Shown here: positions 19,475 to 46,540 of the stretch, piece by piece | How the letters are laid out: each line of letters begins with the position of its first letter | Numbering within the stretch: the stretch's first letter is position 1 | Origin: the human T2T-CHM13v2.0 reference genome, Homo sapiens | Assembly (NCBI RefSeq): GCF_009914755.1 | Contig: NC_060929.1 | Direction: 5' to 3' (one strand) | DNA: 64,000 bases | Notes under the pieces: model-generated | Database searches by the model: none | Told to the model about the DNA's origin: nothing | What the model saw: only the letters and a program-made list of their open reading frames with translations | Translations under genes and position numbers: made by a program

Positions 19475-19745
19475 CTGTGGAGAGAAAGAAAGGGGGGCAC
19501 AACAGGGATTCATAGTCACATCTCCCTCAGTCTGAACGCCATGCCTTTTCATTCCATGATTCTGCCTGTCTACTATGAATGTGTTAGGATTTTCCACAGC
19601 CATCCATGATTCCCACATTGCGATCATCTCATAGGTTTTGGCACAAAATCGGAATGTGGGAAGCATGTGTCCAAAGTGCCACACTTGAAGCAGGGACCTA
19701 GACATAATGTGTGCTTATCATAAGCACCATGCATCTCAGGAAAGA

Positions 19746-20069
<324 letters not shown>

Positions 20070-20333
20070 TCAGGAAAGAAGTTTACTGATTGGTGCTTCT
20101 AAGGACTGGTTTGCTTGTACCTGAGACACGTTGCCTACTATCAGTTTGGTCCTGCCTGCACTCTGGAGAAGCCACAAGAATCTTGACTTTTGCTCATACA
20201 CGACACTGTTGCAATGCTGCTCCTCTTTGGAAGCTCTTTGGACAATTATAAATACTCTTTTTTTTGCAACTGCCCTGTATACAAATATATTTACAAATAC
20301 ATATAATCCCACATGCTACTTCAAAGTTCTTAC

Positions 20334-20391
20334 CTGGCACTATAGGACCAACTGCTATTGAATCTTCAAGGTTGCTTTCACTTGTGGTTTC
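20334..20391 (-). CDS. NAIP: NAIP exon, 58 bp (ETTSESNLEDSIAVGPIVP)
   Basis: ttttcaaag|GAA ACC...CCA G|gtaaga. Confidence 0.92.
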
Positions 20392-21381
20392 CTTTGAAAA
20401 ATAAAATCTTTTCTTAAATCAAAATTTGTATAGGAGAGTGGTGCATCATGTTGTAATCATTGGAGACTAAACATCTTCTAAACACAGCCCACCCTCAAAT
20501 ATTTATGCTGATTGAAGGGAGGGGTGCTCCAAATATAAAGCAATTAATAATCTGCAAACATCTGCAGGAATGTGTGTTCCTCAGTGGTTCATATATGATA
20601 CAATCCATGGGTGATACTATCCAGGTAACGAGAATCATAGTGTCTTGAGCAAGAAGGTTCCTCCAAAAGTCATTAGGTGCAGCCTCTGTCCTTGGTTAAC
20701 TACATTTTTAATATTACACATCCAGTACTTAGAAAGGTTATGTTTCTTCCTTAAAAAATAAGCTATTTCTATATCCCCAAACTTTTTTCTTTAGTGCCAT
20801 TTTTCAATTCATATAGAAAATGAATCACGTGAATAGCAAGTTGGTTTTTGTGTGTGTTGGGGGTGGGGGGATGACAAACATAACATACCTAACACACAGC
20901 CTCAAAATAAGGTGGTATATGTGTGCATTAAATTAGTAGTGGCTTAGATCCCAGAGAACTAGGTAGGATTTCTCAGCTTAAAGTGGTCAGCCTATTACCT
21001 GGGTTTATGATTTTGTTGGGCACTTGCTTTTGTTAAAGTAACATCTTCTCAACCCCTAAAAAGGCCAAGTAGCAAATCCAGCCTTATTGCCCTCCACATG
21101 AAGATCCAGAGAGGATCCATTTAGCCTGGATGCTAATCAACAAAGTCTAAGAGAGTCTGGGCCTTGAAGTAGAAGAGATTGACTATACATTTCATGAAGC
21201 TAGGTATTGTGCCCGACTGGTTTATTGTGATTTCCCCAATCTGTACCTAGAACATAACAGATGTTTAGTAGATGTTTGTAGAATTTATTAACTTATTTAT
21301 GATGAGACATTCCTGTTCAAAACAGTTTTCAATTATATGATCATGTGCTGGTAAAACAGACAAGATGACGGTGTTCATTAC

Positions 21382-21463
21382 CAGTAATTCACAAAGTTCA
21401 CCACGGCTCTGAAGGTCTGGAGTCACTTCCGCAGAGGACTTCATATTTTGGAGAAATGGACAA
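21382..21463 (-). CDS. NAIP: NAIP exon, 82 bp (CPFLQNMKSSAEVTPDLQSRGELCELL)
   Basis: cacttag|T TGT CCA...TTA CTG|gtaatg; supplies the last BIR3 Cys and an in-frame ATG at 21444-21442. Confidence 0.93.
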
Positions 21464-21524
21464 CTAAGTGTAAAAGTTAAAAGTTATAAAAATAGTTGTA
21501 TGCATTTAAGTATTTGTGTTAGGT

Positions 21525-21690
21525 ATTTTTGTTGTTGTTGTTGCTGTTGTTGTTTGTTTTGTTTTTTCAGAGACAGGGTCTCACTATGTTGCCCAGGCTG
21601 TTCTGGTTTCAAACTTCTGGCCTTGAGCAATTCTCCTCCCTAGGCATCCCAAAGTGCTGGGATGATAGGTGTGAGCCGCCAAGCCTGGCC
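21525..21690 (-). mobile_element. AluJ/FLAM-like monomer, sense to NAIP, ~60-80 bp upstream of the 82-bp exon
   Basis: (GTT)n/T-rich tail followed by a reverse left-monomer sequence. Confidence 0.85.
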
Positions 21691-22209
21691 TTGTATTAGG
21701 TTTTTAAAAACACTATTAGAGTTTTAGTGACAAGAATTAAGTATAAAACTATCATTTCCAGTGATTCTCTCTGTCAGTGTCATCAGGTAAGGCACTTAGG
21801 TTGTGGCTCTCTGCAAGAGAAATGTAAATGGTTTATAAAGTAATGGTAAAGGATATCAAGGGAATTTGGTGGAATGAGTGCGTATATGACACTCCTCCAT
21901 GCAACCAACAAAAATGAACTTAAAGAATCAAAAATAGGAAAAAAAAACCCCTCTATTTATGAATTCTGGAACAAAAAACAACATAGTGGAAAAACTGGTG
22001 AAATCCAAATAAACTCTGGATTTTAGTAAATAGTAATGTACAGTATATGAATTGGTACACTGATGATTTTGACAAATATGCTAGTGTAAGATGTTAGCAT
22101 TAGGGTAAATTGGGTATGGCAATATATAGGAACTCTTTGTATTACTTTGCACTTTTTCTGCAAATCTAAATAATTTCAAATAAAAATTTATTAAAACAAG
22201 AAAAAAACT

Positions 22210-31924
<9,715 letters not shown>

Positions 31925-32319
31925 TTACCTCAGGAAAAAAAAATAAGCTAACATACCAACAGGACAGTTATTACTTCCTAAAAAAATAAAAGGATATACA
32001 GGAAGGGAAAATAAATAAAAATTTACCACAAGCTTCAGCTCCACATAGCATTTGTATAGTCATGATAATGTAAACATGTAATGTGAATATATGAATCTAG
32101 CCAAAACTATGCCATAACTATAAAGAGGGGAAGGCTAGTACAGGAAGGGGGTCATGGAGCAAAGGGATGAAAGACATGAAGACTCATCCTTCATAGCCTG
32201 AATCCGAGGAGTGGATAAAGACTCAATCTAAAGATAAAATAAGGCAGGAAATGAGGAAAAAGAAAAAAACTGTTGAAGTGCATCCAAAGTTGCAGATGGT
32301 TAACATTCATTCCACTCAC

Positions 32320-32419
32320 TTGGGAAAACATCTGGTGTGATCGTCTAATGGGTCATCACCTTCCTGCCATTTCTCTAAACACCCTCCACAGGAAAAGCAC
32401 TGGACGATGTCCTTTATAC
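32320..32419 (-). CDS. NAIP: NAIP exon, 100 bp: BIR3 C-terminal half (IKDIVQCFSCGGCLEKWQEGDDPLDDHTRCFP)
   Basis: ttttag|GT ATA AAG...CCC AA|gtgagt; carries the CxxC and H zinc ligands of the BIR fold. Confidence 0.95.
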
Positions 32420-32729
32420 CTAAAAGTAAGGAAACTTGATCAGTGCCACTGGCATGGGCATCTGTCCATTAACATGCAGATAATAACCACCAGACCTGTA
32501 ATAGTGAAAGCCTATTCAGTCTCCAGTTGGGTTTTGTGACAGTCAGAAGTTGGTTACCAGTGAGGCAATTTTCTATATAAGACTCTGTCCACCAATGGGG
32601 TAACTGGCAAGTAGTCATTGAATGCTCCTACACACCATGCACTTTGATGCACACCATCCCTCTGCCCCATTCTCCTTTGATCAACAAACAGATTGGCAAC
32701 CAGAATCTGGAATTGAAGCTCCATGAGGG

Positions 32730-35185
<2,456 letters not shown>

Positions 35186-35297
35186 ACGCTGAAGCTAGTG
35201 GACATTGCTGAGTGTAGCTAAACGTAAGCCCAGGAGCATAAAGTCTATGTGGGAATTAAAGGTCAAGCAAGCAAGTGGGCACAACCTACTGACTCAC

Positions 35298-35417
35298 CTG
35301 TGTAGAAAAGACCTGCTTTGGCCAGTGCTGCAACTCCCACAGCTGATTCCCGGGGCCAGTCCTTAAAAGAGTCCAGCCGTAGTTCTTCGTAAGCAAAGAT
35401 GCTGTCATTGCAATAAG
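35298..35417 (-). CDS. NAIP: NAIP exon, 120 bp: BIR3 N-terminal half (AYCNDSIFAYEELRLDSFKDWPRESAVGVAALAKAGLFYTG)
   Basis: ttcaag|CT TAT TGC...ACA G|gtgagt; BIR motif RLxSFxxWP...LAxAGxFY; seen within ORF 35263..35493. Confidence 0.95.
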
Positions 35418-35691
35418 CTTGAATAAAAAGCACAAGGTGAGACCAGCAGGCTTTAGTCTTTTTTTTTTCTATATCTTTATTGCTGCTGCACAAATTAAAG
35501 AGACCAGTAGGCTTTGATATTGCAAGTATCAGCGTTCAAGTTGTCCCTTCACAGTTACAGATGGAATGATGTCTAGAGTTTGCTTCAAAATAAACGGGGC
35601 GGGGCGGGGGGGACGACAAAAAGAGATAGGGACAAAAAATCAAAAGAAGAAATAAACAAGCAAAGCCTTTGGAAAATGTTTGAGTTTTTAC

Positions 35692-35743
35692 CTGATGCCA
35701 TAGGTAATTCTCTCTGGACCCAGGAATTCACAAAATGTTCTCC
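35692..35743 (-). CDS. NAIP: NAIP exon, 52 bp (GEHFVNSWVQRELPMAS)
   Basis: ccctcag|GGA GAA...TCA G|gtaaaa; the peptide is visible within ORF 35585..35818. Confidence 0.93.
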
Positions 35744-35781
35744 CTGAGGGAAATTAAAATTCAAGTTGTTGATTATCTGAC

Positions 35782-36421
<640 letters not shown>

Positions 36422-36586
36422 GATTGTTTGACTTATGAAGTATATACCTATCTATGAACAAGAACTGAAGGAACTTTACCCCAGAATGAAGAGTTTCACT
36501 GGATGGAACGGCAGAGTCGGAGGAGAATTATTCCTTTAATTTTTATTTCTGTTGATGTTGCAATTGTTTTTATGCAGTGCAAGCAA

Positions 36587-36589
<3 letters not shown>

Positions 36590-36636
<47 letters not shown>
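36590..36636. repeat. (CA)n microsatellite, ~22-23 units
   Basis: Directly visible perfect AC run. Confidence 0.97.
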
Positions 36637-36639
<3 letters not shown>

Positions 36640-37373
36640 TGCAAGCTGTGAATGTTTATGCATACTCAGGAGGAAGCCTTCTCAGGGTCACTGTTTCCGG
36701 AAACTGACCTTGAAAACAGACCTGCATTTAAATATCACAGATGTACTTTGACGAATGAGGAAGAGACATAGAATGGTAACTAAATTCATCAGGGTATTAT
36801 ATATTGAGCAACTGATTCTTCTGGGAAAGCTGCACCCAGTTTCTTTTTGAGGAAACACCTCTCTTCCCCCACTGTCAGGCCATGTTCTCTATAGAGTTCT
36901 GGTCTCCTGAGTCATGTTAATCAATAAATTCTCATTTTTGTTTAAGCCAGTTTGGATTCGATTTCCCATCACTCTCCACTAGGAAATTTTTACTGATTCA
37001 GGATAGTTAGCCAGCTAGGAAGAGCCAGCTCTGCAGCCCACTGTGGGTGACAGCGCCTAGGTCAGGAGATCTTAGCAAGCCTGCAGATAGGGGCAGCAGA
37101 GGGAAGCTGGGGCAAGTGGCTTCATTCATAAAGGGGAAGACTATCAGGAAGGCAAGCAGAGCCCGTCAGAAGCCAGCCCTGGAAAAAGAAAAAGGCTCTA
37201 GGTCAGCAAGTGAATGTGATATTTTTCACTTTGAAGATGGGAGCCAGGGGAATGAAAGGAGAAAGGAAGAAAGAAATCAAACCCATGACATAAAAAGAAT
37301 GCCTATGCCCTTCTGAGTCAGACACTTACAGGTAATCCAAAAACTTGAGAAAAAAATTGCTGTTATACATTAC

Positions 37374-37455
37374 CGTTATGTCAACAAATCCCTTGTAGCT
37401 TTGAATATACTGGGTAATTTCCTCTGAGGATTTCTTACTCCGAAGAAATTCACAT
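37374..37455 (-). CDS. NAIP: NAIP exon, 82 bp: end of BIR2/linker (CEFLRSKKSSEEITQYIQSYKGFVDIT)
   Basis: tacag|A TGT GAA TTT...ATA ACG|gtaatg; manual translation; phases 2 to 0. Confidence 0.93.
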
Positions 37456-37851
37456 CTGTAATTAATAAATATAATTAAAATTTACCCCAGTACTGTGATA
37501 GAGCTGTCCTATATCACAATGAACATTTATAAAGACGTATTGAATTGTTGAATTTTATTATACTTCAATAAAATTGCCAAAAAATTTACCACAAAACTTA
37601 GGAGAATTACCATTATTCTCATATAATTATTTGTTATTTCTATTAGTGACAACATGTGTAGTTATTTAAAATTAAATCTTCAGGTTAACTTTTTTCTTGA
37701 AATAAAACATGCAATACAATCAAAGAGACTGATTTACAGTAAATATAGGATGGAGCTTTTGTTTTTTGGAATTAAGCAGTGGTGACTAAATCTAGTCGCT
37801 AGGGTTATATGAAAGCTACTGGCAGTAAAGAGAACTATATTTAAAATAATA

Positions 37852-38900
<1,049 letters not shown>

Positions 38901-41391
38901 GAAGTTATCTCTAGGTAAGATCATGATGGAAATTTTCATCTTACTTTATACCTTTCACTGTTGAAATTATTTTACAGTTGAAGTAAAGGAAATTTTACAA
39001 TATCCAACAAGAGCCGATGTCATTTATTTAATATCAAAATTAATATTGGAAAAATGTCTATACTTTAGGCTACCACCCATCTGCCTGAATTAATCAGCAT
39101 TAATACTTAATTTTAAATATTACCTGTCAACGCAGGTCACTGAATGTGATCTCCTTTAAGGTATTATCATGTAATAAACTGCTACAAAAAGTCTAATTCT
39201 CTCAAGAGTTTTATAGTCATCCACTTCATTTTCAGGTCAACATTTTAACATATTTTCCCATATTTTTTTCTGAAGCTTTAATCTCTGCAAAGCCCATCTT
39301 TAAATTTGAAGGAAAAGGTAGAAGAGTGAGGAGCAGCAGTAATTAACTTGAATTTGGAACTTGGATATAACTAAAGACACATTTTGCTTCTTCATTTTTA
39401 TGTCAGTTTGCAAAGGAAACAGTTATGATTTTAGCTAAATACAGAAATTTTTTTCTTTTTTCTTTTTAAAATTCTACTTGTATCACATTTCAAAACCTAC
39501 TCTGAATTTTCACTCAGTTCCCACAATATTACCATAATTCTTTGAGCTGTTGGCAAAATGGATCCATTTTATAAAGTCATGCCTTTTGCATTGAGCTTTT
39601 GCCTGTCTCATATATTTAGATAAATTTGAAAGCAAAAGGAATATCCACTGTGTTGAATATCTTTAATAGCATGGTTGAAATTTATAATTTGAAATTCGTA
39701 AGTTCAAAGAACATTTATCTACTGCTTGATTTTATGCTTGAAACTTCCTATGCTTCACAGCAGTTTTTTTTTAATAGGTGGACAAAAATCCTTCCTCCTA
39801 TCATTCATAACAATTTTCTTTATACTTAAGTAAAATATACAGAAACTTTTAAAGGAACGCCAAAATCTTGTTCCCTCTTATTGTTGCCACATTATTTTTA
39901 TTATATTACCCAACCAGGTTTTTATGGTTATGCTTATACTCTCATACAAAACAGTTTTAGAACAAATATTGAAGGAAATGCAGGGTCACAAAATGAATAA
40001 GTTTACCTTAATAACATTAATATGAACAATGATATTATTTTATTGAACTTAAAGCACGCTCTTGAGCTTAAGAGCAAAGATGTAGCCACAGTTGAACTTG
40101 TATTTATTTGGGCTATATTTGTGCTTTTAATTACTCATACTAATACACAGGAAGCTTATTTGCAACAGGATATTTATATAATTTAAAATATTTTCAGAGT
40201 TTTTGTGTGTGTTGAAATGTTAGGAAAACAGAACTCATTCTTAAGCAATGATTTGCAAAGAGCAGTGCTCATATGCAGATTTTTAAGGCATAGCCCAAAT
40301 GGTTAGAAATGCTGCAAAAGTTTAATTTTCTTTTGGGTGATCTGTTGTCTGGAAAAAGCTGTTACATGTAAAAATTTGGATGCTGAAATCAAATGGCTAT
40401 ACCCAAATGAGCAAGAATAGTTTAAAACATTTAAATCAGCATCTGCATAAAAATTAATATAAATATTATTTATGACTGTTATGTATATATAATTATATTA
40501 TGTATAAGAATATATTTATACAAATATATACTACTAGAAAATTGTATATGATGCACTATTTTATTTTATGTAATATTTTATGTATATATTTATTTACACA
40601 TAATTTATATACTTTTAAGACTGTGTCCATTTTTCATTTATTCTTGGTCTCCGGTTTGAACAACGCTGCTTTATGGCATTACACTGATAATTCTCTCTAC
40701 TCTTTAGTTCTCTTCCTTATCGCTTATTCATGTGTATCTTATTCCATGCTATAATGTAATGTACCATACATGTGTTGAATTTTAAAAAAAAATTAGCAGA
40801 ATTTCAATGCTTTCCTATATTACTCAACATAAATATTCTCTATATAGAATGAATTGGAACAAGCTATTTGTGAATCTGAAAGGATAATCAGTGATTCTAC
40901 CAATCATAGTGGTAAACTCATTCAAACTCAGCCTGTTAAAATGAGACGCTCTGCCCTATATCACTGAAAACCTCTTGATTTGCCAGATTTTTCCCTTCTT
41001 TACAAATGAAAATGCTTAGTGTTTTCTGAGTTCCTTTGCACTATCTCCCACTGGATTCAGGTCATTGATTTCATCTTCAGAACACTTGGAAAGTTTATTT
41101 TGTGGTGTCTATGAGCTAATTTATTTTTATTGCAATGTTTATTTAAAATGAAACAATAAGTACACTGAAGTTTTGTGCATTTCATTTTATGAAAATGTTA
41201 TCCCAAAGGGATACAGAAGAACTAAATACAAATTTTCAAAATTTATTGTTTTTTTTTGCCTGCTGCTATATCTGAGGTTGTACTTTTGTTCTGATCTTTG
41301 TAACACCTCAAAAAAAAAATGGGTTAAGAGAAGGATGAACAGAAGAATGGATATGAGACCTATCTGATAAGGCAAGCAGATTAATAGACGA

Positions 41392-41484
41392 ATGGAGGAA
41401 TGTTTGGATGTATAGGTATATATGTGTTCATTGCACACATATGGAGGAATGTTTGGATGTATATGTATATGTGTTCATTGCACA
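41392..41484. repeat. Two-copy tandem repeat, ~49-bp unit
   Basis: atggaggaatgtttggatgtata.gtata(ta)tgtgttcattgcaca twice. Confidence 0.9.
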
Positions 41485-41694
41485 GTTTTCAACTTTTTGT
41501 GTTGAAATTTTTATAAAAAGAAGTTGGAGAAATAAAAAACAAGAAAACAGAACCATAAGATTTTTATTTAACATTTTTGATTAAAGGAATTGTATTGCAA
41601 ATTATGACTTTTTAATTTGGCAACATCCTTTTAATGGTGTTCTTTCTTTGTCCTTCTCTTTCTCTTCCTCTCTCTCTCCCTCTCTTCCCTAAAG

Positions 41695-41989
41695 CTCCAT
41701 TCCGACTTAGACAAGGGAGAGGGCACTGCGAAATACACCCTCTCAGGAGATGGCGCTGGCACCGTTTTTACCATTGATGAAACCACAGGGGACATTCATG
41801 CAATAAGGAGCCTAGATAGAGAAGAAAAACCTTTCTACACTCTTCGTGCTCAGGCTGTGGACATAGAAACCAGAAAGCCCCTGGAGCCTGAATCAGAATT
41901 CATCATCAAAGTGCAGGATATTAATGATAATGAGCCAAAGTTTTGGGATGGACCTTATGTTGCTACTGTCCCAGAAATGTCTCCTGTGG
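41695..41989 (+). pseudogene. CDH12: Orphan cadherin-12 exon (EC1 to start of EC2) of a CDH12 pseudogene segment
   Basis: Long polypyrimidine tract then taaag|CTC CAT...CCT GTG G|gtgagt, 295 bp. Translates to [98 protein letters not shown], with cadherin LDRE and DxNDN calcium motifs. Not in the ORF track. Confidence 0.92.
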
Positions 41990-43854
41990 GTGAGTAGGCA
42001 AATCAAAATTCTGTGAGATACAATGAGACCTCTTCAACATTGACTTTTTGCAGGTTGATGTAAACATCTTATCTATCATCTAAAAGAATTATTTTTCAAT
42101 TCTAGAAAATACAGTTCTTTTCATTTATTTTTGTAACTTTTTTGTTTTTCTTTCTGCTTCATTATGAAGATAACTACAGGAATATATAACATTAGTTCCT
42201 GTTTTCCACCCTGTGAATTTACCTGAATTCATAGAATCCTTGCGTGCTTTAAGCAAAAAATGTATTTTGTATTGAAATTGATTCTTATCTCAATTCCAGA
42301 CACCTATACAGTGCTGGAGACACCTACCCTACACCACGAAATGCCAGACAGTAATTCCTAGATCAAAGTAAATGATCTAAAGCATGCATCACATCTGATC
42401 TGGAAGTGGTCCAGAAACAGGTGTGTTGCATCTTTTGTAGCTGTAAATAGAGATTCTGGAAGGGTGATACTGTTTCCTTTTCAGGGTAAATAACCCATAC
42501 TTGTTATGCCATCAAGCCAAGCAGCAAATGAATAATGTCATGAAAACATTATTAGAACAAATTAACAAATTACAATTACAATTATCAAATTAACAATTAG
42601 AATATAGTAGCACCATCATTCTAAAAATTTAAATTTGATATAAATATACATTTCCATATCAGCCTAAATTTACAAAGTCCTATAATATGTAGGATATAAG
42701 GTCAATAAGTTAAGAATTCCAGCCTTAAGGACAATTTTAAATTATAATTTTTATTCCTCAGTCACCACTGCTAATCCTTCAATTTATTTCAAAGTAACTT
42801 CTGGTTTTTATTACATTTGGAAGATAAAGCAACTTATCACATGTAGGTTACAACTTAAAATTCGTGTATGAGCCATTGCTTATATTTTCTAAATCTGACA
42901 TGACCCAGGGGGTTTCTACTGCTCCTACCACCACCCAGGACATGCGATGAAGATTGTGCACGCTACCGTGAGGGCAGAAGCAGGTTAGTAGCTGTAGGAG
43001 CTGTCACATGGATTTACTATAATGCACTTGAAATTGTGTATGTGACCTTATCAGTCATTTAAGGACCATAATCTCTCCTTGACCTAAGAAATCAGCTTGA
43101 AGTAATTCACTTAGATTTCAAATTTTAATGTGGATACCCAAGGCTGCAAATCTGTTATTCAGTACCTGCTACACTTTTGGGGTTGCCTCTTTTATGCACT
43201 GTTAGAATTGCTAGAAATTTAGAAGTCCAATTGGAAAGAAGCATATCTTGTTAGAAAGTATTCCCAGAAAATGAGGAAGGCTACATTTTAACTGTGTCTT
43301 GATTTTACAGGGAGAAAAATAAAGTTAATATTTTGAGGAAAAAATAAGGCTTTTAAGATGACATGCTATATAGTAGACAAATAGTTTAACTCGGTGCCTA
43401 CTTCATGTACACTGGATGTGTTAACATGAATTTATGACCTTCAGTGACTTTTTATTACCAAAACAGCTTCCTTAAAGCAAACACACACACATGCCTCTAC
43501 AGTATTGGAAAATTCCGTCTCCTTAGATAAAACAATTAGGATTTTTCTTGGGCCAACTAGAATAATTAGGGCTGCAGAGTTGGAGCCTTTATATAAGGAG
43601 TTTGCAGCTCATATCCGAAGAGAGAAATGTATTTGGAAAGTCAAAAGTGTAGGTAAGTGAGAAAGCAGAGTAGTTTCAGCTTTTGCAGTTGGAGTGGGTA
43701 TAATTTACTGTGTTGTCATAAGATACTGGAAAGATCTTTGGAAGAATAGGTTCTTAAAGTGTTTTCTCATGTGCCCTTACTGACATTTCCCATTGGGCCT
43801 TCAAGACAACTCCAGTAAATACTTAAATTGATTTTCAGTGCACTGCTTTCTTTC

Positions 43855-44168
43855 ATTTTTATTTATTTATTTTGAGACTGGGTCTTGGTCTGTTGCCCTG
43901 GCTGGAGTGCAATGGCCCAATCTTAGCTCACTGAAGCCTTAAATTCCTGGGCTGAAGAGATCCCTCCACCTGAGCCTCCTTAATAGCCAGTCATGTGCCA
44001 CCCTGCCTAGCTATTTGTTTTTTTTTTTTTTTTTTTTTTTACTTTTTGTAGAGAAGGGATCTAGCTATGTTGCCCAGGCTGTTCTCAAGTAGTCCTGGCC
44101 TCAAATGATCCCTCCACCTTGGCTTCCCAGAGCACTGGGATTACAGTCATGAGCCACCCTCCTGGCTC
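43855..44168 (-). mobile_element. Diverged AluJ
   Basis: Reverse Alu dimer with many substitutions. Confidence 0.85.
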
Positions 44169-46150
44169 CTTTTTTTTTTATTTTTAATAACAGAAGGGTA
44201 TTTCTTTTGAATGTGAAATTTTACCACATGGTATGAATTAGTCCAAGTGTTTTTATACTAAATTTACATAATATACACTTTTCAAGTAAGTACAAAGAGG
44301 TATAAACACTGCTTATGAATTGAATGTTAAAAAATAAATCTCTATGCATTACTTTTGTCTTTCCCCATAATCTCACGTATACACATAAAACAAAAAACAA
44401 GGAAACCCAGTTATAGTTGTGGTATCTGCTGTTTCTGCCTTGAAATTTCCAGCTTACAGCTAAGCAACAACTACTGTGCATCCAGAACTTACATCTATGT
44501 TCCTAGAGTACTTGTACCCCATTCTCAAGTGCACCCTTCTTACCAGGTGGAAATAGTTCACTGCTGTAATAATCTAAGAAAACATTATGTTTCTCTCTAC
44601 TTTTTTTTCTCTCATATAATCTAGGCAATTCTCCCTCTGTATCATTTTCCTGAGAAAACTAAAATAATTTTTAATCAAGACCAGATGGAACTTTGTATGG
44701 TATATTGACAGTATACCAATTGTTGTGACGAATCTTACTGCCTGTTGTAGATATCAGTGTTTGAAGTATTCCCTATGAAATAACTTTTCTGTCCCAATAA
44801 TTGAGAGGGCTGTTTCATTTCCAAAAAAGGGAAGAATTAATCAATTAAAAATACATATAGTGAAATAACCTGTTTTGTAACATAAAACATAAGATGAAGA
44901 AATATCGGAACATTGATATGAAGTTTAACAGTAATGGATTATATATCCAGAAATATGAACAAATAAACCTGCAATGAAAATTTACTAATGTTACTAATTT
45001 TCACTTGTGTAACGTGAACATTACAAAGAACATAGTGTACAAAGGGAGAATGTTGGTGGGTAGGATGAGTCAAGATTTCAGAGGAAAATCAATATTTAAG
45101 ACTTACAGCACTGTGGAATATATTTAATTTTCCTAAAGTTGAAGAAAATTTCAGTGAATCTATGAATTGTTTAAGACAAAGGTCACTCCGTTACTGACTT
45201 CTGCTACATCTAATTTTCCAGGGAAGTAATATTTAGAGATAAAAAGCTTTTACTCTGACCTCCGGAAATTACTTAATGATCCAGATACTCCCAAAGTCAA
45301 AGCAAATCCTTGGAGACAAGTTTGGACTTTATGAATGTGGACTTAATTCTTTAAGATCACTAGAGCAACAATAAATTACAGGAATGTACCCTCTTTATAT
45401 CTGATGATTATGCATAAGTGGGGTGTGCAGTTTTAAGTTACTTTTCCTACAGTGCTGACAGGTTTAGAGTGTTAAATCCATACTCAACTTGTATTATCTT
45501 CCTCTGCTTGAGCTATGCCACCTTGAGTCAGCTGATTTGACTATTTATAATTAGATACCTAACCTATGATATGATATAGTAGATGTCAATAGTGACTCAT
45601 CATTTATGTAGTAAGTCTTACCATTTTCTAAGCAGTAGTCAGGTGCCATGTGATCTAACTAAAGATTTGTATTTCTTATTTTACTTAACAATTACAGTAA
45701 CCCCAATGCAGTATTATTCACTGTTGGATTTTTTTTAATGTGAAAACTTAATAACCCCTGTGGATAAGAAAGTAAGAATGATTCTTAGGTGCTTTAGGAC
45801 CAAATTAATCAGAATTTAATATACCACTTTGTCTAGGTGTCATGGCGGCTAAAATATCTTTGAGAAAGTTAAACTTAGCTTTCAATCTCAGATGATCTAC
45901 TTAAGAATTTGGAAAGTTTATATTATATTATTTGAGAATGGGGATTCTTGCTTAAACGAAACCTGAAGGATGGGCATCTTTCATTCAATATCTTAAAAAG
46001 AAAGTTTAGCTGACATTTAAATAAGAAAAGATACACCTAAAATAAAGTAGAACACTGGTTTAATAAAAATAGTGAACAGGTACTCCCTTGCCTTTCTATT
46101 TTTCTCTCAACTCTATTTTATTTTACATGAAGTTTGGGGAGAAATGCTAA

Positions 46151-46540
<390 letters not shown>

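Noticed and set aside
17322-19502. The 726-aa ORF as a stand-alone intronless gene
   Set aside because: The N-terminal MCPPFFLST is the polypyrimidine tract/acceptor and the C-terminal GIPVYILDDYSDV is intron read-through. The real unit is the spliced exon 17363-19474.
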